Notes under the pieces: model-generated
The model's database searches: none
What the model saw: only the letters and a program-made list of their open reading frames with translations
What the model was told of the DNA's origin: nothing
Assembly: GCA_951406725.2 (NCBI GenBank)
Contig: OX597825.1
Span: 28,706,001-28,770,000, forward strand
From: Octopus vulgaris
Lineage: Eukaryota
Direction of reading: 5' to 3'
DNA: 64,000 nucleotides
Translations under genes and position numbers: made by a program
Shown: in pieces, positions 1 through 12,533 of the stretch
Numbering within the stretch: the first letter of the stretch is position 1
How the letters are laid out: every line of letters begins with the position of its first letter

Positions 1-17
1 CCTTAAATTGATGACAT

Positions 18-112
18 ATTAAAACCAAAATGACCAACTTGCGTCCTGTATATCAGATGAAGGTGGAAACCACTTGATATATAGGACGTAAGTTGATCAT
101 TTTGGTTTTAAT
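18..112. repeat. Short inverted repeat (38-bp arms, 19-nt spacer)
   Basis: 18-55 is the reverse complement of 75-112 with 3 mismatches. Confidence 0.85.
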
Positions 113-786
113 GGAAACCACCTGTGATTTAATCCCACCTCAGCAGGGTCATAAAATAGCTTTCTGTATTCCACAACGAAATCCGACAGTAATATAATGC
201 AAAGTTATTTCCATCCAGGTACGAAATCACACTCCGCAGCCATCTTTCAATTTTTGATCAACTTCCCATATTGTAACGAGATGCTTTGGATATTCAGATA
301 TGATATTCAAATAGTGTGAAATATTGGATTTTGAATGATTCCCGCGTGTAAACCATAGATGTTAGATTATATCAATAAAATACCGAGAAGATAATTTAGA
401 TAAACTGAACCAAATACAATTGACCTTCTGTTTAAAACGACACTAGATATCCAATATATGTGAGCATAGCCGAGCTGAAAGGTTAAGAGGGTCACTTTGC
501 AAATACGAGGTCCCGAGTTGGATACTAGGACGTAATATCTTTGGTACGTGTCATTCTATATAGCCTCGATAAGCAAAAGCTGTAAAGAAGCCTGATGAGC
601 AGATTTTACCAGTAATTCAATGAGGCGCAGCCTTGTAACACATTGTGTCACTGAAATTCTTGTCCAGAATATTATTATTACAATACGTGTCAGCCGTAGG
701 TAATACAGTTGCCCGAACAGCTGAACATGGATATCACGGAATACGGAGCTCCGCTAAGTGTGTAAGTGTGTGTGAGTGTATGTCAG

Positions 787-828
<42 letters not shown>

Positions 829-1040
829 AGTGTAAGAGAATGCGGATATATACATACATATATGAATGTATATATATGGCTATATATATATACATATATA
901 TATGTAAATATTTATATGTATATATATAGTCACTGATATGTTTCAATGTTTTATATCTTTCTTAACTTGACAAATAAGTGCATTAAATTTTGATACAGTA
1001 TAAAGGACATAATAGAAATTAATATGCACAAGTCAAATTT

Positions 1041-1383
1041 TCTTTTCTACTATAGACTTAAGGCCTGATATTTGGGGGAAGGGGATAATCTATTTAATCG
1101 ACCCCAATGCGTAACTGGTACTTATTACATCTATCCCGAAAAAAGGAAAGGCAAAGTCAACCTCGGTGGAATTTGAACTCAGAAGTTAACGACGGCCGAA
1201 ATAAAATTATTGTACTCTATCTAGGCACAAGTCCCGAAATTTTTGGGGAGTGGGGGCCAATCGATTAGATCGACCCCAGTACACAACTGGTACTTAATTT
1301 ATCGACCCCGAAAGGATGAAAGGCAAAGTCGACCTCGGCGGAATTTGAACTCAGAACGTAAAGGCAGACGAAATACCATTAAG
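1041..1383 (-). mobile_element. SINE family B, two tandem 5'-truncated units with type-1 tail
   Basis: Two copies of the family body (plus-strand text atcgaccccgaaaggatgaaaggcaaagtcgacctcggcggaatttgaactcagaacgt), which recurs about 10 times in the window; B-box-like GAGTTCAAATTCC on the minus strand. Confidence 0.85.
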
Positions 1384-1766
1384 TGTTGTTTATTTATCGT
1401 GAGTAATTGCAATTCCGTGCGTAGATTTCATTTGGCAATATTCCTTACTAGCCCATTAGAGTTTAATTCCAGTTTTCTCTCTCCTAGCCAGGTTCTCAGC
1501 TCCTAAAAAACGTCTCAACTTCATACTGTGACGAGAAGCATTATTTGAACACTAAGACACGGAATGTCCAATACCCAAATAATTCTACCAAATCACTGAT
1601 GCTGTCTGTTATATTGTTTATTAGAATCCAGAAGGATGAAAATATAATGTTGATGTTTTTATGATATGAACGCAGAGCTTAGATAGGGGAAAGAAATATC
1701 TTTACAAAATTTATCCAGTCCCTTAGAACAGCGTGTATGTAAACATATATATGTATGGATAACATT

Positions 1767-1798
<32 letters not shown>

Positions 1799-3127
1799 TG
1801 TATGTATCTATGTATTATGATACAAATATAAATACACACAAATGTAAACATACATAACTGTGTGTATGTTGATCTGGAAAGAGAGAGAGAGAGAGAAAGA
1901 GAGAGAAGAGAAAGAGAGAGAAGAGACAGAGAGGGAGATGTAAATATGCGTACGTTTGCATGTATATAAGCATGCATATATGTATGTGTCCATGTATGTA
2001 TGTATTTCTGCATATATGTATGTATGTATGTGCATGTATACATGTATGAATGTATTTCTTGCATCAGCCGCATCATGCAACCTCAAGGTGGTTCGTGAAT
2101 AAAAACCGTGATAAGAGTCTTTCCCTGTTAAAATAAAATGGGCAAGCGCACTATACTGCAGCTCAAACCTGTCAAATGATTCTCAAAAGGAAACATTTAA
2201 ATTGCTGTTCCTGTTGGATAAAGGGAATTTACCAGGGTCTGATCATGATTAATGTATTCAGTAAGGTGACGCTAAAAATCTATTAAGCATTAAACCCTTC
2301 AAAAAATATAAACCTGCATAAATACAGTTGAAGTGCAGTTACACTATAAGGATTATCATACTTCATAAATCTGACAAACGAAACCCGAGCCTGAAATTAT
2401 ATATCATGGTCCTCTGTGACGTTGGAAGACCAGGTGAAGCACTAATAGAATCGAATGAACACAATCGCTTCTAACGGGTAAACAAAGAACTCGGGCATGA
2501 TAAATGTGGATTTCCTAGTCGATAGAGACATAAAGAATTTGGTGAAAGAATTCTATGATGTTTATGACCGACTTCTTAGCATTGCTTTGAAGGTATCATA
2601 GATGTAGAACCGTGCGATTAGCCAAGGTCATTTACAAACGAAGACAAGTGAAGAAGAAGATAGGAATTATTGCATGGTGAGATTAACAAAAAATTGTTCA
2701 TCGTAAAACTCATATTATCATAATGATAAATGTAATCAATATGGGAGCTAGTTCGGTGATATACACGGGAACTAGTACTGTATGGGAAAATTCTTAGATG
2801 GTGGAAGATATGATAGAGGAGAAGATGTAATAATTTTCAGCCTGAAAAAAAGACTAAAATATAGCCAATGCCTTGTTTAATATGAATAAACAGCAATAAC
2901 AGAACTGAAAAGACATCTTTCAAGGTATTGACGTAATTAACAATATCAAAGTTAGCGATCACAGACTGGAAAGGGGTAAGCGTCATATTGGCTTGCCAAA
3001 GTTACCAGAGAAATCATTTTGTTCTAAGAACTACCAGATCACCCTGTCAAAAATATAACCAATTGTTTTGAAACTAACTTTAATGAAGCAGTAATCGAAC
3101 AAACAGCAAATTCAAATTAACAAAATA

Positions 3128-3532
3128 GGCGCTGGAGTGGCTGTGTGGTAAGTAGCTTGCTTATCAAGTACATGGTTCGGGTTCAGTCCCACTGCGTGGC
3201 ATCTTGGGCAAGTGTCTTCTACTATAGCCTCGGGCCTGCCAAAGCCTTGTGAGTAGATTTGGTAGACGGAAACTGAAAAAATCCCGTCGTATATATGTAT
3301 ATATATATATGCGTGTGTATGTTTGTGTGCCTGTGTTTGTCCCCCTAGCATTGCTTGACAACCGATGCTGGTGTGTTTACGTCGCCGTCACTTAGCGGTT
3401 CGGCAAAAGAGACCGATAGAATAAGTACTGGGCTTACAAAGAATTAGTCCTGTGGTTGATTTGATCGACTAAAGGCGGTGCTCCAGCATGGCCGCAGTCA
3501 AATGACTGAAACAAGTAAAAGAGTAAAAGAGT
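3128..3532 (+). mobile_element. SINE family A (tRNA head, CORE-like segment, internal TA/TG microsatellite, stem-loop tail)
   Basis: A-box TGGCTGTGTGG, B-box GGTTCAGTCCC, CORE-like CTTGGGCAAGTG, tail CATGGCCGCAGTCAAATGACTGAAAC(AAGTAAAAG)n; multiple near-identical copies in the window. Confidence 0.9.
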
Positions 3533-4287
3533 ATAGAGAGATTAAACAACGAAACAAAATCAGGACAAAACAACACCGAAACCCTGAGTGTGATGTAGTA
3601 ATGAAAACACTTCTATGTGAGGTGGGGTTGGAGGCAAATGTCATGCTATAGAACGGAATAAACAAATGATAAGAAAACAGCGTGAGGGGTTTGAGAAATT
3701 GTATGAGCGTTTTAGAAACAACGACTCAACAGGGGAGAGTTGGTAAATTTGCCAAAAAGAAAGCCTAAACGACAGCATTAAAAGAAAGTGGAGCCATTAA
3801 GAATACAAAAGAGGAATTATTTAAATAGCAATGAAATTCTCCCAACATCTGTCATAGAAGCAACAATACAAAGCAGAAGATAAACAACATTGAAACTACG
3901 ATAACACTGCAATTATCAGAAATTATGCCACATGCTGTAAAACAGAAAATCACTAAAGATAGGGAAATCTTCAGAATAAGACAACATAACACCTCATGTC
4001 ATAGGAGTCGTCTGAAAAATGATCTCCTGGCGATTTGCAACACTTATTTTGACACTTCTAAGTGTCATGTATACTAGCTATTCGCCAATATCACGTCGAA
4101 CGGAATTGCCAAACAATTGGATGCGAGTCAAGTATATAACAAGCGGAATTTGAGGTGCTTTTTCTCTCGCCATTAATCTCTAAGATGTCATGGAATCACT
4201 CTCTATTCTAGATTTCTTACACATCAATATTTTAATTACACATCTGGCATATTGACATAAATCTTTCATCAGAATACACAAAGGTTT

Positions 4288-4445
4288 CATGGGCTGACCC
4301 AAGGGGCTGAGGCTGAAGAGCACGTGCCCCCCTCAAGAAAAGAAGTGCGCCTTTCTAAATAATGTTATTACACCCTTTTCTCCTGGAGTTGTATTCATTT
4401 CTGAGCATGTGATATCCCTTCGAAAAATTCATGGGACCGCGCCTG
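4288..4445. mobile_element. Degenerate MITE inserted in the RTE remnant
   Basis: Imperfect 16-bp terminal inverted repeats (11/16), GGTTT direct repeat on both sides (4283-4287, 4446-4450), GC-richer than the flanks. Confidence 0.45.
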
Positions 4446-4914
4446 GGTTTGAACCAGTTTCAAGAATAGATGGGAGTAAAACAAGGCTATTATATTTCAC
4501 CTAAAAGTTTACATCTTTCTTGGAAGAAGTATTTTGTGAACTGGAACTCAATGATTATGAATTGGCAATCGACAGCGAATTCTTCACGCAATTTTGATTT
4601 GCGTATGATATATAATGCTTATTGTAGGAGATCCTATGGAATGTTAAATTATGGAAGAAAAATAAAGAGAGAAAGCAAGACTTCATCTTAGAAGAAATAT
4701 GAAAACATAACTAAATTATGATCAATAACTGATAGATGCATTGCTCGAAATTAACGTTGTTGACGAAACATTAATATTCAAGCGGTAAACGTCTATATCT
4801 AACATGTCTATTTTTGGAAGAAATCAGCTGTCGTCAAACTTGGAGAGGAACGGATGTCTCAGGTCTAAGAAAACTGCGGCATCCATACCACACCTCTTAA
4901 TATTTGAGATCCCA

Positions 4915-4965
<51 letters not shown>

Positions 4966-5172
4966 TGTGTGTGTTTTTGTGTGGTAAGAAGTGTATTCCT
5001 ACGCAGGTAAAATATAGGAGAATATGTTTTGGGGTTTGAAAATGCACTCGAATCTGAAAATCGTGTAGTTGTTTTCAAATATATGTTAATTTACATACGA
5101 AGCTAGTTTCGACATTTTTGCGTATCAGTGGTACAAATATATATAAAAACAAGTCTATGTATAATAACGTAT

Positions 5173-6486
5173 AACTAGAAAAGCACTCGGAGAGCGCAGC
5201 TCATTTCCACCCATATATACGCATGCTGAAAATCACCCAATTTCCCAAACCAACGCTGGCAAAAACATAACTCCCTCCCATACTTATCTCGACCATCCTC
5301 ATCTTCAACACTGTCTCTGCCTTTACCACAATCACCGTCAAAGCTACGATCACCACAATCAGTTTCTTTACACAGTTGAAAATCCATTATCCGATACTCA
5401 TGGGACTGAGATTGTTGCAGATTTCTGATTTTTCTAATTTCTACAAAACGGAACAGTTTGAGGATAGAAACCAGGTCTAAACACAATAGATTATAGACAT
5501 ACTCTGAATGTAGTTCTATATAAATCTTTAATAATTTTCTTTATGCTTAAGACCATAAAAAATGTTAAGACATCAGCCTCTACCCACATTGTCATGCCTT
5601 GATTAAAAGGTTACATCATAGATTAGATTACTTAGATAAGTTTCGGTCGAAGTTGACTCGGGCCATGTCTAATTTAATATCACCATCTGGAAGAGATACG
5701 CAGTCAGCTCCGGAGAACCGTGGCCCATTTAAGCAGAGGGTTATTGTTTTCAGAGACATATCTGGGTGTGGGTGGTTTATCTGGTATTTGTTGGGGGTAA
5801 TCATCTAGGGATCATTTGAATGCCGTGAAGTCACTTTCCTCCTTTATGTGTGTCTGGCACGATGTTGAAGAGAGCAGGGCCAATTGAGGCGAAATAGTTG
5901 TCATAGTGTTGCGATATGACACGAACATTTCTGTAGTGGACGGATGGCATTAGGGCCAAGCCTAGGACGAGTTTTAAAGATAGGCAATGTTGATGGAATT
6001 TTTTTCCACATCATGCAGATGATATAGAGCTCACAGCGGCAGTGAAGGGAGCAAAGCCTGAGATTTTTGTGTCGATCCCAATAGTCCTAGCTTACCATGT
6101 CATCTTCCGCAGACCTCCGCCAAGCAGCTCATTTTAAGATAGATACGCGAGTAAAATTACTAATTTAGAAACGAAAATAAACTTTGGAAACAGCAACGCC
6201 ATTATAGGTTACGTGGAAACGATGAACATGTTTTCAAGGGAGATAATCAAAGAGCGTAACATCGTAATACTTCATGTAAAGTAAATATAGCAAATGAAAA
6301 ATTCTTCAAGAATCCATAAAAATTCCTGGATCACTACCAAAATTTCATCACATGTTCCATGTGTCATTACCAGCTTTTCCTGCAAGTTTCATTAAATATC
6401 GTTCACAACTTTTTGAGTTATTTTGCACACAGACGGACAAACCAACGCCGATGAAAACATATCCCCCTTCCTTGGCGGAGGTAAAA
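5173..6486 (-). mobile_element. Helentron-associated non-autonomous element (HINE/DINE-like), rearranged and interrupted by a CR1-like fragment
   Basis: Perfect 12-bp subterminal inverted repeat ACCTCCGCCAAG (6113-6124) / CTTGGCGGAGGT (6471-6482); characteristic other end GCGCTCTCCGAGTGCTTTTCTAGTT on the minus strand at 5173-5198. Confidence 0.65.
5618..6085 (-). mobile_element. CR1-like LINE 3' fragment
   Basis: Minus-strand peptide remnants FASIGPALFNIVP..FTAFK*SLDDYPQQIPDKPPTPRYVSENNNPLLKWA (CR1-type C-terminus), then a 3' stem-loop CATGGCCCGAGTCAACTTCGACCGAAAC and a (ATCTA)-like tail. Confidence 0.75.
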
Positions 6487-7436
6487 ATAGGGATTTAGGA
6501 GAATTCAAAAAGGACAAGGTAAAATCTATCATCACGTTACCCACACTGCGCACACATACGCACATGAATGTATAATATACATTATGTGTATGCGTTTGTA
6601 TGTAAATAAGTATGCATCTATGTATATATGTATGTGTTTGTGTGTATGTGTGTGTGTGTGTGTACGTGCGCGCGCGCGGCGTGCGTGTTTCACCAACACC
6701 AACACAATTTTCAAATGAAAATACATTATGTGGTATCCTACTGTCTTTTAAGAGTTGAACGAACTGTCTTTGATCTTCGTCTGTAGGGCAAAAAAGCCAA
6801 AATACAAGCAGCAAAAGCTATATGACCCCCTCCACCTAAAACGATACCCGCCCACAATCACAAAACATCTAAGCTAATGCATCCCATATTGCCATTATCA
6901 ACCCACTAAATTTTCAATCAAACTTGCTACATCCGATATCAGCATGTACGCGCCAACACCTGTATCGATGAGTGCGCGCGTGTATGAGTGAGAAAGAGAT
7001 TATGTCTGTATGAGTCTGTTTGTGTGTGTGTGTCTGGATGAGTGTGTGTGAGTGTGTTCGTATGAGTGTGTCTGTGTGTATGTCTGTGTGTGTGTGTGCA
7101 TGTGTATGTGTGTGTGTATGTGTATGTGTGTGTGTGTGTGTGTTTGTGTGTGTCTGTGTGTGTGTATTTGTGTATGTGTGTGTGTATTTGTGTATGTGTG
7201 TTTAAGTCTTTAAGTCAGAAGTGCAGAGGGCGAATTACCTATAAAATGTGGTGACCCTTCATATACTAACTTTTCTTCACCAGTCCTTGAATTTTTCATC
7301 TCATTTTCATTATTTACATCCACAAGAATAAGACAATTTTCTGTTCTCACAAAACATATCTTTCCTGTATCAATTTTTTCTATCTCACATTTGTTTGGTA
7401 TAATTATACTGTTTTTGGATTTGCCTTCAATTTAAG

Positions 7437-7575
7437 ATGTCTAGAAAGAAGCTATCAAGTAGAACTGAAGGCAGAAGTACAAAAAGGAATCGTATAATTC
7501 TTATACGGTTTTATGTTTTAAAAAGACTTGAAGTGAGAGAAAAGCTAAGTTATACTGCCAAAGCATTAAAGTGAA
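7437..7575 (+). pseudogene. Possible Tigger/pogo transposase N-terminal remnant
   Basis: MSRKKLSSRTEGRSTKRNRII..KRLEVREKLSYTAKALK across a frameshift resembles a psq/CENP-B N-terminal HTH and the remnant at 31329. Confidence 0.35.
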
Positions 7576-8841
7576 GAAGTGTTACTTCCGCAGAACCTAA
7601 ATCATGTCAGTTTTTGCATCACTATGGAGAAGGAATTCGTTATCAATGAAAGGTACAATAGATGAGACAGTGACCTTATGCTTTTTGGTGAAAGAGAAAA
7701 ACATTTTGCGAGTGAGTTTTATTTTTGCAATGGTCCTATTCTCTCCTACTGCGTATGTATGTACGTATGTATGTATGTATGTATGTATGTATGTATGTAT
7801 GTATGTATGTATGTATGTATGTATGTATGTATGTATGTATGTTTATATGTATGTATGTATGTTTGTATGCATGTGTGTATGTATGTATATATGTATGCAT
7901 GTATGTATGTGTTCATTTATTTATGGGTAGATACGTTCAGCAGTAACTGAAAGTAAACAAATTTGATAGCATTTCAAACATGCTTGAGAAGTATTTGAAT
8001 TTGTTATAGGCTTTTCATTGCAGTTTGTCCTGGAGGAGAAATTCTCGATTGAGACAAAAGTTATATGATGCTGACTAGTACGAAATTATTTTAAAATTCA
8101 TCACTCAATAGAGGGCGCTCTTAGCTATCTGTAGTGTTTTACACTTTTTTTTTGTCTCAAGCGGGAATTATTTCTCGATGATAAACCGCAAGAAAATACT
8201 TTTAAGCATTCAAATATCTCTCAACGTACTTAGACTGGTATCACATACGCACACAGACACACACAGACACACACAGACACACACAGACACACACAGACAC
8301 ACACAGACACAGACACAGACACACACACACGCACACACACGCACACACACGCACACACGCATACACATACACACGCACACCATACACGCATGGATATAAT
8401 GATGATGACCTCTGATCAGAAAAAGGACAAAAAAAAAAGAAAAAGCAATTCGGCAACAGATTTGAACCAAGGAACTACGAGCAAATAGACAATGGTTTAC
8501 GCACTAAACCATGTTTTTTGTGAAACCTACCATGTTCTCTATGGAACCTGCCATGTTCTGTGTAGAACCTAATCAAATGCAGATATTTAATAATAGCAGA
8601 CGGCCGCCAATTCCCCGAGAAATGTTGCTGTCAAACTGGTTCTGCTAAAAACTACCTACTCTAGATGTAGTGTAAATGCAAAATCATTGTGTGAGTTGAA
8701 GTCAGAAAGGAGAAGGGCAAAACTAAACACTGAAAAGAATTTAATTGAAAATTCTTCAGCATTATGTTCCTCTACTAAGTAAACACTGAGAGGAATTTGG
8801 TCTCAGGACCTTCTGCATTGTGTTTTACCCCATTTATGGTA

Positions 8842-9150
8842 TGGTTGTTGGCCTCCTTTTGTCTCGGAAGACAATGGAGCTGCGCATAAACTAATCCAGT
8901 AATCAAGTCCTCTCCAGTTTTGCGCAGGCCTGGGCTAGATGTAAGAAAATCCTGGGTAGCCCAATCGTCAGGATTCCTCTTTTGACCTTGCTGACGTAGT
9001 CCAAAGGAGTGCAGAGTATTACATTTGGCACCAGCTTGGTTGCAGGAGTTGCCGAGAGAGTGCCAAGCCGAACACTAAACCGCCTACGGGGCTCTGCTCC
9101 GGATTTCTGTGAAGGTTGTCTCCTTTCCGTAACCCTGGATAGGGGTCCAT
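8842..9150 (+). mobile_element. RTE/BovB-type 5' UTR-like fragment
   Basis: GC-rich island with TGTCTCGGAAGACAATGG, GCGCAGGCCTGGGC, TTTGGCACCAGC..GCAGGAGTTGCC and AACCGCCT..CTCCGGATTT, which I recall from RTE-BovB 5' UTRs; no ORF follows. Confidence 0.5.
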
Positions 9151-9911
9151 ACCGGGTAGTGTCAGCCGGAGCCAGCTGTACTATGGTATGGTATAGTACA
9201 GGAAAAGGTGATATACTAGAGAAGTGCGATACAGTTCATGACGAATGGACGGTATAGCAAGGTGTGATGCTTTGAGGACTGGTATACGAAGATGTGTTGT
9301 ATGGCAGTGGTAGTTGTTACGGATTGCTTAGACCCACGTGAACAGGAATCGAACCAAGCGGCATACATTTAAAGGTACTCGACGGTATTAAACAAATATA
9401 TTAAAGTGGAAGCTCTAGATTTATAAAAGCAGCTTGGTGAGTGGCGAAATATCAGGACGACCCTGCTGCACCCTGATTAATTGTTTAATGCCGGAGTATA
9501 GATGGTAGTTTTCAGTCAGAGAGGTAGATGCAAAATCTTAACGCAATACTATGATTGTGGATAACTCTTAGGTTTTCCAGCCAGTGTTTCGGCGCCATTT
9601 AGTGATTGTCCTCATCGGGCAGACACTATGTCTAAACAATATCTATAACAAGAATATTAATTTTTGCTGAAAGACATGATTCATTTGGAACGGCAGAGAA
9701 TATTAATTAAATAATTAATAAGATGATTAATTAAATCAGCCAGAGTTGTATGTATACTAAATATAACACTGTAAAGGAGAACTTCTAAATGTAAGCGTAT
9801 GAATGATGATCACAAAGCCAGCAATTAAATTCTTTGTCTTTCTTTAGGAACCAATGAAGAAGCTTTTCAATGGCCAACCGAACAGCAAGAAATAGCAGCA
9901 AATTCCATGTA

Positions 9912-10075
9912 TAGGCGTTGGAGCGGCTGTGTTGTAAGTAGGTTGCTTACGAACCACATGGTTCCGGGTTCAGTCCCACTGCGTGGCACCTTGGGCAAGT
10001 GTCTTCTGCGTTAGCCTCGGTCTGACCAAAACCTTGTGAGTGAATTTGGTAGACGGAAACTGAAAGAATGTATAC

Positions 10076-10132
<57 letters not shown>

Positions 10133-10338
10133 TGTGTGTGTGTGTGTATGTGTGTGTGTGCGGCTTGACAACCGATGCTGGTGTGTTTACGTCCCCGTAA
10201 CTTAGCGGTTCGGCAAAAGAAACCGATAGAATAAGTACTGGGCTTACAAAGAATAAGTCCTGGGGTCGATTTGCTCGACTAAAGGCGGTGCTCCAGCATG
10301 GCCGCAGTCAAATGACTGAAACAAGTAAAAGAGTAAGA
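9912..10338 (+). mobile_element. SINE family A
   Basis: Same head, CORE-like segment, internal microsatellite and tail as 3128-3532. Confidence 0.9.
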
Positions 10339-10849
10339 ATATGCGATCCTGTTACCTTGAAATGATAATAATAATAATAAAACATTGGATAATGTAGTAC
10401 TAGTTTACTATGCCTGGGAAAAATAAAGGATGTAATGGAAGAAAAAAAACAAACAAAAAGATAGCTGGAATGCCAGGTGACTGGTCTTTTCTTAATACGG
10501 GATTATTTGAAGGTTAAACGCAAGAAACAAAAACAACTACAACCCCTTCAACTCTACCTCTTTGCTCACAATCGTCTAAAATATAAAGAACATATATCCG
10601 ATTAATTACTGTAACAATGTTAAACCATAACAATAACAGATTTACTCTCACCTATTGTCATCATACAGAATTACGCCAGGGACCTAGAGAACAAAAAGAA
10701 CAAAAATACATAAAGCGCAGCAACCAAAAATAAGGAAAACATTCCGTCTGTATATTACTCTTTTACTCTTTTACTTGTTTCAGTCATTTGACTGCGGCCA
10801 TGCTGGAGCACCGCCTTTAGTCGAGCAAATCGACCCCAGGACTTATTCT

Positions 10850-10974
10850 GCCCGTTCAAAAATTTGGACCTGGAGATCTCCATTTCCAGCGACTTCGAGC
10901 GCCACCTCCCAGTGGCGTCGGGCGTCAACGAAGGGCCCTCGAATACAACAAGACGACCTAAGACGACCAAAGAC
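10850..10974 (+). mobile_element. 125-bp 5'-truncated retroposon insertion with a 10-bp target-site duplication (TSD)
   Basis: GACTTATTCT at 10840-10849 and 10975-10984; the insert ends in three AAGACGACYN units. Confidence 0.75.
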
Positions 10975-11143
10975 GACTTATTCTTTGAAAGCCTAGTACT
11001 TATTCTATCGGTTCTTTTGCCGAACGGCTACGTTACGGGGACGTAAACACAACGGCATCGGCTGTAAAGCGATGCTGGGGGGACGATCACATACACACAA
11101 ACATATACACACATACATACATACATACATACATACATACATA

Positions 11144-11197
<54 letters not shown>

Positions 11198-11417
11198 ACT
11201 AATGTAGGATAAAATTTTTATTTTTCGAAAAAATTTTTATCAATGGCCAGCATATAAAAAAATACCTTTAAAGGTTAAATTTATAAATAACTTATAAAAT
11301 AAGGGCAAAAGAAAAATTCTAATGCCAAATATGCCGAAAAAAAGACAAAATTGTCAATAACCATTATAATTTATGCGTCTCGAAACAAGCCGATAGAAAT
11401 TTCTAAAAAATTCGGTA

Positions 11418-11478
11418 TTACCGTATTGGTCCCAATTTCGGGGTTAATTCATAAGAATTTTCCCCTCTTCAGCGATAA
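11418..11478 (-). ncRNA. Type I hammerhead ribozyme (predicted)
   Basis: Minus strand: TTATCG-CTGAAGA-GGGG aa AATTC ttat GAATT aa CCCC-GAAA-TTG ggac CAA-TA-CGGTAA. Complete core, stems I, II and III all pair, AUA cleavage triplet. Confidence 0.85.
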
Positions 11479-11579
11479 ATACGTAAGACAGAAATGGAAT
11501 ACTTACTCATACCCATGAGCAGACTTAAGTACCCCAAATATATCCTAAATAGAAAATCTTCCGCACATGTCTTACGTAT

Positions 11580-11640
11580 TTATCGCTGAAGAGGGGAAAA
11601 TTCTTACGAATTAAGCCCGAAATTGGGACCAATACGGTAA
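11580..11640 (+). ncRNA. Type I hammerhead ribozyme (predicted)
   Basis: TTATCG (11580-85), CTGAAGA (11586-92), GGG..CCC stem II, GAAA (11619-22), TTG ggac CAA, T, A (11634), CGGTAA; predicted cleavage after 11634. Confidence 0.85.
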
Positions 11641-11767
11641 TAACGGATGTTTTAGAAATTTCTATCGGCTTGTTTCGAGACGCATAAATTATAATGGTTA
11701 TTGACAATTTTGTCTTTTTTTCGGCATATTTGGCATTAGAATTTTTATTTTGCCCTTATTTTATAAG

Positions 11768-11823
<56 letters not shown>

Positions 11824-12267
11824 GACGGGTTTCTTTCAGTTTCCGTCTCACAAGGCTTTGGTCGGCCCGAGGCTATAGTAGAATACACTTGCCCAAGGTG
11901 CCACGCAGTGGGACTGAAATCAGAACCATGTGGTTGGTAAGCAACCTACTTACCACACAGCCACTCCCAATATTATTACAAGTTTGTCCATCTAAGAAAT
12001 CGATATTATTAATTTGGTCTAACTTCTAAATTCTCAACCTTGCCAAAATAACTCCAACATATACAATAAATAATAATGGTTTCTTTGTGTTTATAAGTAA
12101 TCATAATTTCTTTTATGATTTCTAAATATTTTAATAAGAAAGGTTTCCAACACGATTACTTCCAACTTAATTATTTCTGATACAGGTGCAGCGCACACAA
12201 TTACTTTAATAATAATGATGATAATAATAATGATCATGATGATGAAAATATCAACAACAACAACAAT

Positions 12268-12465
12268 AAGGAAAAATTTGTGAGATATTAGGAATTAGCA
12301 CAGAAAGCTGTGTAGATTGTGGATGGCCTATGCAACAATTCTATATTAAAGAGTACCATCCTTTATTCTGCAAGAGCTCTACGGAATATTCTTGAGATTC
12401 GAGGCAACTTGTTGTCACTAAGCATCAAGATATAATACCTTTCTACTAAATTAGTATGCGCTAGC

Positions 12466-12467
<2 letters not shown>
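12268..12467 (+). mobile_element. R4/Dong-like (RLE) LINE 3' fragment, decayed, ending in (TAA)n
   Basis: KEKFVRY*ELAQK and KSTILYSARALRNILE remnants, short 3' UTR, then a (TAA)n tract. Confidence 0.6.

Positions 12468-12533
<66 letters not shown>

Larger units (their letters stand above)
2300..4910 (+). pseudogene. Heavily decayed RTE-clade LINE (APE endonuclease + RT), interrupted by a SINE and a MITE
   Basis: Collinear degenerate motifs across frameshifts and stops: VLCDVGRPGE (~2410), VGFLVDRDIKNLVKEF (~2505), MGKFLDGGRYDRGE (~2782), SDHRL (~2954), LLSVMY..IAKQLDASQ (~4055-4130), GVKQGYYISPK (~4473), FAYDI (~4598, FADDI equivalent). Confidence 0.75.
11196..11771. mobile_element. Penelope-like/retrozyme-type insert: 204-bp inverted repeat with 77-bp spacer, inside a (TA)n tract
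   Basis: 11287-11490 is the near-perfect reverse complement of 11568-11771; each arm contains a hammerhead; (TA)n on both sides. Confidence 0.8.
10755..11968 (-). mobile_element. SINE family A carrying two nested insertions
   Basis: Tail at 10755-11100 and head at 11822-11968; interrupted at 10850-10974 and at 11196-11771. Confidence 0.9.

Noticed and set aside
3128-3200. tRNA-like A/B boxes here and at other SINE heads
   Set aside because: They continue into SINE bodies and lack a proper cloverleaf, so they are not tRNA genes.
9572-9625. Minus-strand CCGATGA-GG..CC-GAAAC hammerhead-like boxes
   Set aside because: No UH cleavage site in register and no stem I; at best a very decayed remnant.
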